DNA of 64,000 nucleotides from Squalus acanthias (lineage: Eukaryota), in NCBI GenBank assembly GCA_030390025.1, contig CM059432.1:26104001-26168000 (forward strand), given 5' to 3'. A program made the position numbers and the translations under genes. This document shows, piece after piece, positions 51,199 to 61,711 of this stretch. Positions within the stretch are counted from its first letter, which is position 1. Each line of letters starts with the position of its first letter. The notes under the pieces are model-generated. The model worked only from the letters and a program-made list of their open reading frames with translations, was not told the origin of the DNA and did not search any database.

Positions 51199-53184
51199 AT
51201 TATTAAAAACGACATTCAAAATAGCTTTCACAGCTAAATCACTGCAGTCTTGACTATATTCAATTAATTTCCAGATACTTTCATTAAAGTTGAATTTGAT
51301 TTTTTAGGTAGTTTAATTTTGTAGCAGACAATTGTCAAAACTGCAATGTGCATGTGTCTGTGTGGATACATCTATTTGATGGGGTTCTGTTGTATAGATC
51401 AGATTAACAATACTAAATATCTTAATCATAACCCTGACTTTGTAGGATAACATACGAATGATTAACACGTTCATCTGAACTTTCCCTTTGTGCCAAAATC
51501 TATAGTTTCAGCATGGGAAATAATTTCACTCCAAGTTCCTTCTGACAAGAAGTTGTAAGATTCTTTCCCACGCTGAAACAATAGACTATGATAAGAGGTA
51601 CAGTACCATTAATCTGTTTGGAAAACAAAAACTGGCATCTTCTATTAGAATTCTTGCAGAGTGTCAATGCCCTGCCACTCCGTCTGCACATTTGTGCACC
51701 TACATAATCAAGGAAGAATTTCAGATAAAGGTACTTTGCCATCACGGGCCAAAGCAAATGTTGTAGAATGTGCAGTTAACTAGTTGGTGACAATATGCTC
51801 TGCTCACTGAAACTTTAACATTAGAGTTCAGTTCTAAATGTTTAAATTGAAACATGTTTAAAGGATCAGAGAGTAAAATACATGTTGAATGTAGAGTAAC
51901 TAGCTAGTGTTACATTCAGCAGTATACACTGCACATCACACCACTAGTTATATACAGGTATATTAAATGGAATAGCAAATTACAGCTTTGGATATAGTGA
52001 TTGATTAGTTATGATCAAATGTGGACCCACCCAAATCAGTTATAACACTGTACACTAATAAAACAGCACAAATTTTAAAAATTGCAAATACTGGAAATTT
52101 GATATACTTTTAAAATCTGTATTGGTACAATACCACATTGGGTATAATGGAAAAATATACAATTAGAAAAAATGAATGTTCAAAACCCACAGCAAATGAT
52201 GGGGAAAATATGGCGTGTGGTTAAAAAATAACACATGAACACATGAAACTGCAAAGCTTTTTCAAGGTTGTGGTGGCAACAGGAATGCACCTTCTGTGAA
52301 GGAGGGAAATGAAAGCCTGCCTCAAAGTAACCCTATTAGGGTAATCTTAAACTAACTCGCCAGGCGGGAAACTGGCAGGTTCCGTTCAGCTCTTTCTATT
52401 AAAGCATACCCAAAAGAAAGTTGAGAAACACCACAAAGCATTTTGATCAGAGGCACAAAGTTAACTTTTCAAATTTTCTTCAAATACCCAAACCTAAATC
52501 CATTATTTCATTTTAATTTGGATGATTGATATCAAATGAAGCATCGACAACACGCTTTGTTGAATCTGTAAGACCTTTGTTGCTTCCACCTTCCTGCATG
52601 AGAAACAGAACTTTATATCCGAATATGACCTTTCCAAACAAACTTGGTCAAAGCACCAGATGCAACTTTTACACTTCAAGTTATATTCTCTAAACACAAA
52701 ACAAAACAGTACCATGACAGTATGCTGAAAATGATCAGCACCTTCTGTAAAACAAACAGATAAATATTTGAACAATTGTCACGATTAATTCCCTAAAGAA
52801 AGAAATGGTCAAGTGGAGAAGAAACCATTGAATTACTGTCTTGCTGCAAGGGTCCAGTATAAATTCACTCTTCATTAGTTCCTCCTAGTTCTAACTATTC
52901 AGAGAAGTGCTGACAAAATGAGTTTGAGCCAGCCCCATTAAAAAATAGAAAACCATGTAATTCAGTTGGGAAAAAATGCCTAGGGCAAAGCTAGAGCCAG
53001 AGAATATATTTCAGTATATGGAAACCTAAACTCTATCGCCCACTTGGTGTTTGGATCTCTTGGGCCTCGCACTCTTTTTTCTAGCTTCTCGTCAAAATAG
53101 TGAGAAAAACTATACTGACTGAGGTTCACGGCAAATTCAGTAAAGAATCACAAAAGCTTAACTTATTGAATCCTGTTTAAATCA

Positions 53185-53540
53185 CTTCAAGCCCTCACAT
53201 CTCCCTATCTTTGCAACCTTCTCCAGCCCTACAACCCTAAAGAGAACTCTGCATTCCTCCAACTCTGGCTTCTAGTGCATTCCCCACTCTATTAGCCCCA
53301 CCATTGGCATGCTTTTAATTGTCTAGGCCCCAAGCTCTGAAATTCTGTCCCATAACCTCTCCACATCCCTCTCCTCCTTTAAGACCCTCCTTAAAACCCA
53401 CTTATTCGACTAAGCTCTTAGTCACCCCTGCTAATATCAAATTCTTTGGCTTGTTCAAACTTTTTGTTTGATTACAATTCTGTGAAGTGCCTTGGGACCT
53501 TTTTTATGTTAAAGGTGCTATGTAAATACAAGTTGTTGTT
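53185..53540 (+). mobile_element. L2 LINE 3' fragment
   Basis: Parallels 8190-8590, including the tail aaaggtgctatgtaaatacaagttgttg. Confidence 0.78.
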
Positions 53541-54339
53541 GAATAGCATGCTGTTAAAGACTTCAAAATGCTAGTTGCACCAAATTAATACCATGTGCAA
53601 ATACAAATAAAGCACAGACCACTTAAGGTGGTATATTCATCAGCCATCAAAAGAATATGTTTTATAAATCACTTTAGGCACAGATTTCAACTTCAGTGCT
53701 GTATTATATATTTTGTCTGAGTGCATTACCAGGTAACATTCAAAACTTTCAAAATCAGCATAATTCTTGATCTAAGTCACATCAAGTGAGAAGAGAGAGC
53801 AGGGGGAGGCAATGGTTAAGCATAGGATACAGCATCTTCCTGCAGAAGAAGGAAAAGTCAGAGGGGAAGTCATGAAATGTGGCCAACACTTGCTATTCCA
53901 TCAGTAATTGAGCACAGTTCTTTTAATACGTGCAATTCACAACAACAAAAAAAGAACCTTCATCAACATATAGCATCTTATCACAGCCTCAGGATATCAC
54001 AAAATGCTTCTCAATGATGAATAATGTGTGAAATGCTGTTATTGGTATGTAGGTAAATGAAGGATGGAGGCAGGGCAAGAAAGAGACAGACAGATAGAGT
54101 GAAGAGAGAGAAAGAAAATGATAAAGCAAAAGAAAAATCTAATTCAACAACAACAACTTGTATTTATATAGCGCCATTAACGTAGTAAAACGTCCCAAGG
54201 TGCTTCACAGGAGCACTGTGACCAAGCTGTCACCTGCCTTCATTTCTCCTTATATGGCTCGGTGTCAAATTTTTTGTCTTATAATAACAAGATAGATGAG
54301 TTGACGACACAAATAGAAATAAATGGGTATGATCTGATA

Positions 54340-54898
54340 AAATTGAGAGGTCGCACAACACCAGGTTATAGTCCAACAGTTTTATTTGAAATCACAAGCT
54401 TTCGGAGCTATCGATTTGCTCCTTCCTCAGGTGAAGTAAATTAGATACAGAATCTCCAAAGCATATATAGATGGAAAACAAAGCATGTGTATTTTACAAT
54501 TGCAGACCAATAAATTAAATCATCCTGACTATCTGCCGAGGTGTGATAAAGTTAATTAAGTCAGCCAGGAAGGTACCACATCAAAGACATAGCAAGATAC
54601 AACTGAGACAATGAGGTGTAGTCGCAGGGGTTCTAACGTGTCAAAAGCTGCCGTCTGTATGTAAAACGAAAAGCTTTAACATTTTTTTACTTTTTTACTG
54701 GGAAAATTTTTACTTTTTTACTGGGAATCACATCTAACGACTCGAGTCCGGATCACGTCATGTATCGTGACATAAACCCAAGATCCCGATTGAGACCGTC
54801 TTCATGAGTGCGGAACTTGGCTATCAGTTTCTGCTCGATGATTTTGCATTGTCGTGTGTTTCTAAGGTTGCCTTGGCATCTCTAAGGCATCTCCGCAT
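54340..54898 (-). mobile_element. Penelope-like 3' end (GIY-YIG C-terminus, UTR and hammerhead) with inverted terminal piece
   Basis: 12-bp TSD tatgatctgata (54328-54339, 54899-54910). The minus strand near 54755-54875 reads QGNLRNTRQCKIIEQKLIAKFRTHEDGLNRDLGFMSRY. Confidence 0.82.
54392..54434 (-). ncRNA. Minimal type I hammerhead ribozyme motif with intact core
   Basis: TCAC CTGAGGA A GGAGC aaatcgata GCTCC GAAA GCTT GTGA. Confidence 0.75.
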
Positions 54899-55367
54899 TA
54901 TGATCTGATAGCCATTAGAGAGACGTGGTTGCAAGGTGACCAAGGCTGGGAACTGAATATTCAGGGGTATTTGACATTTCGGAAGGATAGGCAGAAAGGA
55001 AAAGGAGGTGGGGTAGCTCTGTTAATAAAGGATGAGATCAGTGCAGTGGTGAGAAATTATATTGGCTCAGAAGATCAAGATGTAGAATCAGTTTGGGTGG
55101 AGATAAGAAACAGTAAGGGAAAGAAGTCACTGGCGAGAGTAGTCTATGGACCCCCTAACAGTAGCTACACTGTAGGACAGAGTATAAATCAAGAAATAAT
55201 AGTGGCTTGTAAGAAAGGTACTGAGATAATCATGGGTGATTTTAATCTTCATATAGATTGGACAAATCAAATTGGCAAGGGTAGCTTTGAGGACGAGTTC
55301 ATAGAATGTATTCGGGATGGTTTCTTAGAACAATACGTTGTGGAACCAACCAGGGAGAAGGCTATTT

Positions 55368-55489
55368 TGAGGAAGGAGCAATCGATAGCTCCGAAAGCTT
55401 GTGATTTCAAATAAAACTGTTGGACTATAACCTGGTGTTGTGCGACCTCTCAATTTTGTCCACCCCAGTCCAACACCGGCATCTCCGCA
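55368..55489 (+). mobile_element. Very short Penelope terminal insert starting inside the hammerhead core
   Basis: tgaggaaggagc...gctccgaaagcttgtga...ggcatctccgca. No TSD; a small target deletion is apparent. Confidence 0.78.
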
Positions 55490-55521
55490 ATGTGTAATGA
55501 GACAGGATTAATTAATGATCT

Positions 55522-56319
55522 ACAAAAGCAAAATACTGCGGATGCTGGAAATCTGAAATAAAAACAGAAAATGCTGGAAATACTCAGCAGGTCAGGCAGC
55601 ATCTGTGGAGACAGAAACAGAGTTTAACGTTTCAGGTCGATGACCCTTCGTCAGAACTGGAAAAAGATGCAGATAGAACAGGTTTTTAAGCAAGTGTAGG
55701 GGCAGGAAAAGGGGGAAGGGGAGGAAAGAACAAAAGGGAAGGTCTGTGATAGGATGGAAGGCAGGAGAGATTAAGAGACAAAAGGGATAATGGTGCAAGG
55801 CAAAAGGAGATGGTAATGGGACAAGTTAAGAAACAAAAGATGGCTCTAGATGAAGTGTAAATGGCACTGGCAGAATTAAAGACAGCTGCCATGTGAGCGA
55901 GAGAAAAAAAATGGAAAAAAAAGCTAGGGGCAGAGGTTATGGTCTGAAATTGTTGAACTCTATGTTGAGGCCAGAAGGCTGTAAAGTGCCTAATCGAAAG
56001 ATGAGGTGCTGTTCCTCGAGCTTACGTCGAGCTTCATTGCAACAGTGTAAGAGGCCGAGGATGGTGAGGTCAGAGTGGGAGTGGAGCGGAAAATTAAAGT
56101 GACAGGCGACCGGAAGCTCGGGGTCCCCCTTACGGACTGAATGGAGGTGTTCCGCTAAGCGGTCACCCAATCTGCGTTTGGTCTCCCCTATGTAGGGGAG
56201 ACCGCATCGTGAGCAGCGAATACAGTATACTAAATTGCAAGAAATACAAGTAAATCGCTGTTTCACCTGGAAGGAGTGTTTGGGGCCCTGTTCCGCGGGA
56301 AGGGAGGAGGTAAAAGGGC
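55522..56319 (-). mobile_element. Penelope-like element, second family: GIY-YIG endonuclease and 3' terminal repeat
   Basis: ORF 55937-56266: NLVYCIRCSRCGLPYIGETKRRLGDRLAEH...EQHLIFRLGTLQPSGLN. Confidence 0.88.
55621..55658 (-). ncRNA. Minimal hammerhead ribozyme motif of the second Penelope family
   Basis: AGTT CTGACGA AGGGTC atc GACCT GAAA CGTTA AACT: stem I AGTT/AACT, stem II GGTC/GACC, palindromic AACGTT at helix III. Confidence 0.7.
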
Positions 56320-59300
56320 TTATCGGGGTAAGGCAGCAGCAACCAACTTCCTGGCACTATGGGTGGTTCTGCTGCACAGGAGGGGAGGAAAAAGAGCAGG
56401 AGAGCTATCGTGATAGGGGATCCTTTGTAAGGGGAATAGATAGGCGTTTCTGCGGCCGCAAACGAGACTCCAGGATGGTATGTTGCCTCCCTGGTGCAAG
56501 GGTCAAGGATGTCTCGGAGCGGCTGCAGGGCATTCTGGAGGGGGAGGGTGAACAGCCAGTTGTCGTGGTGCATATAGGTACCAACGATATAGGTAAAACA
56601 CGGGGTGCGGTCCTAAAGGCTGAATAAAGGGAGTTAGGAGGTAAATTAAAAAATAGGACCTCAAAAGGTAGTAATCTCAGGACTGCTACCAGTGCCACGT
56701 AATAGTCAGAGTAGAAATAGAAGGATATTTCAGAAGAATGGTGCAAGGGGGAGGGATTCAAATTCCTGGGACATTGGAACCGGTTCTGGGGGAGGTGGGA
56801 CCAGTACAAACTGGACGGTTTGCACCTGGGCAGGACCGGGACCGATGTCCTAGGGGGAGTGTTTGCTAGTGCTGTTGGGGAGGGTTTAAACTAAAATGGC
56901 CGGGGGTTGGGAACCTGTGCAGGGAGACAGAGGAAAGGAAAGCAAGGATAGAAGAAAAAGACAGGAAGTAGAAAAGCAAAAGTGGAAATCAGAGAATTCA
57001 AGGGTGTAAATCAAACATGGCCACAGTAAACAATAATTCTAAATGGTCTAAGAGTGTTAAAAAGACAAGCCTGAAGGCTTTGTGTCTTAATGCGAGGAGG
57101 AATCGTAATAAGGTGGATGAATTAGCTGTGCAAATAGAGGTAAACGGATATGATATAATTGGGCTTACGGAGACTTGGCTCCAAGGTGACCAAGGCTGGG
57201 AATTCAACATCCAGGGGTGTTCAATATTCAGGAAGGACAGGCAAAAAGGAAAAGGAGGTGGTGTAGCATTGCTGGTTAAAGATGAGATTAACACATTAGT
57301 AAGGAAGGATATTAGCTCTGATGATGTGGAATCTGTATGGGTAGAGCTGAGAAATACCATGGGGCAGAAAACGTTAGTGGGAGTTGTATACAGACCCCCT
57401 AAACAGGAAATTAGAGACGCGTGCAATAAGGGCACAGCAGTTATCGTGGGTGACTTTAATCTACATATAGATTGGGCTAACCAAATTAGTAACAATACTG
57501 TGGAGGAGGAATTCCTAGCGTATATACGGGATGATTTCCTGGACCAATATGTCGAGGAACCAACTAGAGATCAGGCCATCGTAGACTGGGTATTATGTAA
57601 TGAGAAAGGATTAATGAGCAACCTTGTTGTGCGTGGCCCCTTGGGGAGGAGCGATCATAATATGATAGAATTCTTCATTAAGATGGAGAGTGAAGTAGTT
57701 GACTCAGAGACTAGGGTCCTGAATTTAAATAAAGGAAACTACGATGGTATGAGGCGCGAGTTGGCTAGGATGGATTGGGGAACTTTTCTTAAAGGGTTGA
57801 CGGTAGATAGGCAGTGGCAAACATTTAAAGATCACCTGGATGAACTACAGAATTTGTTCATCCCTGTTTGGCATAAAAATAAAACAAAAAAGGTGACTCA
57901 ACCGTGGCTAACAAGGGAAATTAGGGATAGCATAAGATCCAAGGAGAGCACATATAAATTGGCCAGAAAAAGCAGCAAACCTGAGGATTGGGAGCAGTTT
58001 AGGATTCAGCAAAGGAGGACAAAGGGATTAATTAAGAGGGGGAAAATAGAATATGAGAGTAAGCTTGCAGTGAACATAAAAACTGACTGTAAAAGCTTCT
58101 ATAGATATGTGAAGAGAAAAAGATTGGTGAAGTCAAGCGTAGGTCCCTTGCAGTCAGAATCAGGGGAATTTAGAATGGGGAACAAAGAAATGGCAAACCA
58201 AATAAATACATACTTTGGTTCTGTCTTCACAAAGGAGGACACAAATAACCTCCCAGAGATGTCGGGGAACATAGAGTCTAATGAGAGGGAGGAACTGAAT
58301 GAAATCAGTATTTGTAGGGAAATGGTGTTAGGGAAATTGACGGGATTGAAGGCCGATAAATCCCCAGGGCCTGATAATCTACATCCTAGGGTACTTAAGG
58401 AAGTGGCCCTAGAAATAGTAGATGCATTGCTGGTCATCTTCCAAAATTCTATGAACTCTGGAACAGTTCCCATGGATTGGAGGGTGGCTAATGTAACCCC
58501 ACTATTTAATAAAGATGGTAGAGAGAAAACGGGGAATTATAGACCGGTAAGCCTGACATCGGTAGTGGGGAAAATGCTAGAGTCCATTATAAAAGATGTA
58601 ATAGCAGAGCACTTGGAAAACAGTGACAGGATCGGACAAAGTCAACATGGATTTACAAATGGTAAATTATGCATGACTAATCTACTGGAAATATTTGAGG
58701 ATGTAACTGGTAGAATAGATAAGAGGGAACCAGTGGATGTGGTGTATTTGGACTTTCAGAAGGCTTTCGATAAGCTCCCGCATAAGAGATTAGCGTGCAA
58801 AGTTAAAGCACATGGGATTGGGGGTAAGGTACTGACTTGGATAGAAAACTGGTTGGCAGACAGGAAGCAAAGAGTTGGAATAAACGGGTCTTTTTCCGAG
58901 TGGCAGGCAGTGACTAGTGGGGTACCACAGGGATCGGTCCTTGGACCCCAGTTATTCACTATATATATTAATGATCGAGACAAGGGAACTAGATGTAATA
59001 TCTCCAAGTTTGCAGACGACACAAAGCTGGGTGGGTGTGTGTGCTGTGAGGAGGATGCAGAGAAACTCCAGTATGATTTGGACAGGTTGGGTGATTGGGC
59101 AGATGCATGGCAGATGCAGTATAATGTGGATAAATGCGAGGTTATCCACTTTGGTGGCAAAAACATGAAGGCAGATTATTATCTGAACGGCAATAGATTG
59201 GGAAAAGGGGAAGTGCAACGAGACCTGGGTGTCCTTGTGCACCAGTCGCTGAAGGTAAGCATGCAGGTGCAGCAGCCGGTTAAGAAGGCAAATGGTATGT

Positions 59301-59940
59301 TGGCCTTCATAGCGAGAGGATTCGAGTACAGGAGCAAGGAGGTCTTGCTGCAGTTGTACAGGGTTTTGGTGAGGCCACACCTTGAGTATTGTGTGCCGTT
59401 TTGGTCGCCTTATCTGAGGAAGGATGTTCTTGCTATGGAGAGAGTGCAGCGAAGATTCACCAGACTGATATCTGGGATGGCAGGAATGACGTATGAAGAG
59501 AGATTGGGTCGATTGGGCTTGTATTCGCTAGAGTTTAGAAGAATGAGAGGGGATCTCATTGAAACTTATAAAATTCTAACAGGACTAGACAGACTAGATG
59601 CAGGAAGGATGTTCCCGATGGCGGCGGAGTCCAGAACCAGGGGTCACAGTCTAAGGGCAAGGGGTAAGCCATTTAGGACTGAGATGAGGAGGAATTTCTT
59701 TACCCAGAGAGTGGTGAACCTGTGGAATTCTCTACCACAGAAGACAGTTGAGTCCAATTCATTAAATATATTCAAGAAGGAGTTAGATATATTTCTTAAG
59801 GCTAAGGGGATCAAGGAATATGGGGAGAAAGCAGGGACAGGGTACTGAATTTGGATGATCAGCCATGATCGCATTGAATGGCGGAGCAGGCTCAAGGGGA
59901 CGAATGGCCTATCCTGCTCCTATCTTCTATGTTTCTATGT
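56320..59940 (+). mobile_element. CR1 LINE (disrupted partial ORF1 esterase plus complete ORF2) inserted into the Penelope element
   Basis: HIGTND esterase motif, 943-aa ORF2, tail ctatgtttctatgt. Penelope sequence resumes immediately after it. Confidence 0.93.
57017..59848 (+). CDS. CR1 ORF2: AP-endonuclease plus reverse transcriptase, open over 943 aa
   Basis: ETW, GDFN, SDH endonuclease motifs; QHGF, DFQKAFD, GVPQGSVLGP, FADD RT motifs. Confidence 0.9.
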   Translation: MATVNNNSKWSKSVKKTSLKALCLNARRNRNKVDELAVQIEVNGYDIIGLTETWLQGDQGWEFNIQGCSIFRKDRQKGKGGGVALLVKDEINTLVRKDISSDDVESVWVELRNTMGQKTLVGVVYRPPKQEIRDACNKGTAVIVGDFNLHIDWANQISNNTVEEEFLAYIRDDFLDQYVEEPTRDQAIVDWVLCNEKGLMSNLVVRGPLGRSDHNMIEFFIKMESEVVDSETRVLNLNKGNYDGMRRELARMDWGTFLKGLTVDRQWQTFKDHLDELQNLFIPVWHKNKTKKVTQPWLTREIRDSIRSKESTYKLARKSSKPEDWEQFRIQQRRTKGLIKRGKIEYESKLAVNIKTDCKSFYRYVKRKRLVKSSVGPLQSESGEFRMGNKEMANQINTYFGSVFTKEDTNNLPEMSGNIESNEREELNEISICREMVLGKLTGLKADKSPGPDNLHPRVLKEVALEIVDALLVIFQNSMNSGTVPMDWRVANVTPLFNKDGREKTGNYRPVSLTSVVGKMLESIIKDVIAEHLENSDRIGQSQHGFTNGKLCMTNLLEIFEDVTGRIDKREPVDVVYLDFQKAFDKLPHKRLACKVKAHGIGGKVLTWIENWLADRKQRVGINGSFSEWQAVTSGVPQGSVLGPQLFTIYINDRDKGTRCNISKFADDTKLGGCVCCEEDAEKLQYDLDRLGDWADAWQMQYNVDKCEVIHFGGKNMKADYYLNGNRLGKGEVQRDLGVLVHQSLKVSMQVQQPVKKANGMLAFIARGFEYRSKEVLLQLYRVLVRPHLEYCVPFWSPYLRKDVLAMERVQRRFTRLISGMAGMTYEERLGRLGLYSLEFRRMRGDLIETYKILTGLDRLDAGRMFPMAAESRTRGHSLRARGKPFRTEMRRNFFTQRVVNLWNSLPQKTVESNSLNIFKKELDIFLKAKGIKEYGEKAGTGY

Positions 59941-60082
59941 GTTGCATCTCCTGCGCTTGCACGGGAAGGTGCCGGGTGAAAGGGAAAGGGTGTTGGGGTG
60001 ATAGAGGAGTGGATCAGGGTGTCGCGGAGGGAGCGGTCCCTTCGGAATGCTGAAAGGGGAGGTGAGGGGAAGATGTGTTTGG
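59941..60082 (-). mobile_element. Upstream continuation of the Penelope ORF (RT-EN linker)
   Basis: IFPSPPLSAFRRDRSLRDTL...GTFPCKRRRCNT joins to CPFTS at 56319 across the CR1. Confidence 0.8.
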
Positions 60083-60697
60083 TTCGCAAATATGGCAGGC
60101 TTGCCAATGGTGCAGGGTGTCATAGACTGCACACGTGGCCCTTAGGGCACCCCATCACAACCCAGTTATTTTTGTCAACCGCAAGGGCTTCCACTCTCTC
60201 AACGTACAGCTGGTGTGTAATCACAAGGAGGAGATTTTGCATGTTTCCGCCATGTACTGTGGCAGTTGCCATGACTCATTCATCCTGCGGCAGTCTAGTG
60301 TGTCTCCGGTCTTCAATCTGCCAAACCAACTTAACGGATGGCTACTTGGAGACAAGAGCTACCCCCTGAAGACGTGGCTAATGACGCCGATCAGGAGGCC
60401 ATCAAACAAAGTTGAGGAGTGCTACAACGTCAGCCACATTTCGACCAGGTCCATCATCGAACAAACCATCGGCTTGCTGAAGATGCGATTCAGATGCCTT
60501 GACAGATCAGGTGGAGCCCTACAGTACTCAGCAGCCAGGGTCTCCAGAATGGTCGTGGTCTGCTGTGCGTTGCACAACATTGCACAGCATCATGGCTTGC
60601 AGCTTCCTGAGGAGCAAGTGGCTCAGTACATAGCCTCCTCAGATGAAGAGGAGGAGGAGAATGATGACTGAGCGGTGGTGCATCAACCAGCAGCTGT
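60083..60697 (+). pseudogene. Harbinger (HARBI1-like) DDE transposase catalytic-core fragment
   Basis: [62 protein letters not shown]. No N-terminus or TIRs. Confidence 0.88.
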
Positions 60698-60702
60698 ACT
60701 GT

Positions 60703-61632
60703 AGCCAAATTTGCTGATGATACAAAGATAGGTGGGAAAGCAAGTTGTGAGGAGGACAGAGTTTGCAAAGGGATATAGATAGGTTAAGTGAGTGGGCAAA
60801 AATTGGCAGATGGAATATAATGTGGGAAAATGTGAGGTTATCCACTTTGGTAGGAAAAATAAAAAATCAAATTACTTAAATGGAGAGAGACTACAAAATG
60901 CTGCGGTACAGAGGAATCTGGGGGTCCTCGTACATGAAGCACAAAAAGTTAGCATGCAGGTACAGCAAGTAATTTGGAAGGCAAATGGTATGTTATTGCA
61001 AGGGGGATAAGTATAAAGTATAAAAGTCGGGAAGTTTTGCTACAACTGTACAGGGCGTTGGTGAGACCACACCTGGAGTACTGCGTGCCGTTTTGGTCTC
61101 CTTATTTAAGGAGGGATATACTTGGATTGGAGGCAGTTCAGAGAAGGTTCACTAGGTTAATTCCTGAGATGAAGGAGTTGTCTTATGAAGAAAGGTTGAG
61201 CAGGTTGGGCCTATACTCATTGGAGTTTAGAAGAATGAGAGGTGAACTTTTTGAAACATATAAGATTCTGAGGGGGCTTGACAGGGTAGATGCAGGGAGG
61301 ATGTTTCCCCTCATGGGGGAATCTAGAACTAGGGGGCAAAGTTTCAGGATAAGGGGTCGCCCATTTAAAACGGAGATGTTAGGAATTTCTTCTCTCAGAG
61401 GGTCGTGAATCTTTGGAATTCTCTACCCCAGAGAGCTATGGAGGTGGAGTCATTGAATATATTTAAGGCGGAGATAGACATATATTTGAGCTACAGGGTA
61501 GTGAAGGTTTATGGGGAGCAGGCAGGAAAGTGGAGTTGAGACCAAGATCAGATCAGCCATGATCTTATTGAATGGCGAGGCAGGCTCGAGGGGCCGAATG
61601 GCCTACTCCTGCTCCTATTTCTTATGTTCTTA
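60703..61632 (+). mobile_element. CR1 RT/3' fragment, followed by a short L2 tail (about 61633-61708)
   Basis: Starts at KFADDTK; ORFs 60792-61010 and 60974-61408. Confidence 0.88.
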
Positions 61633-61711
61633 TAATACTCCTATGAAGCGCCTTGGGACGTTTTACTATGTTAAAGTTGCTATATAAATACAAGTTGTTA
61701 TTGTTGTTTTA

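Larger units (their letters stand above)
54283..55521 (+). mobile_element. CR1 endonuclease fragment interrupted twice by Penelope inserts
   Basis: 'NKIDELTTQIEINGYDLI|AI.ETWLQGDQGWELNIQGY...GDFN'. Confidence 0.85.

Noticed and set aside
60135..60671. Host HARBI1 gene
   Set aside because: It is a truncated fragment embedded among repeats in another gene's intron, so a transposon remnant is more likely.
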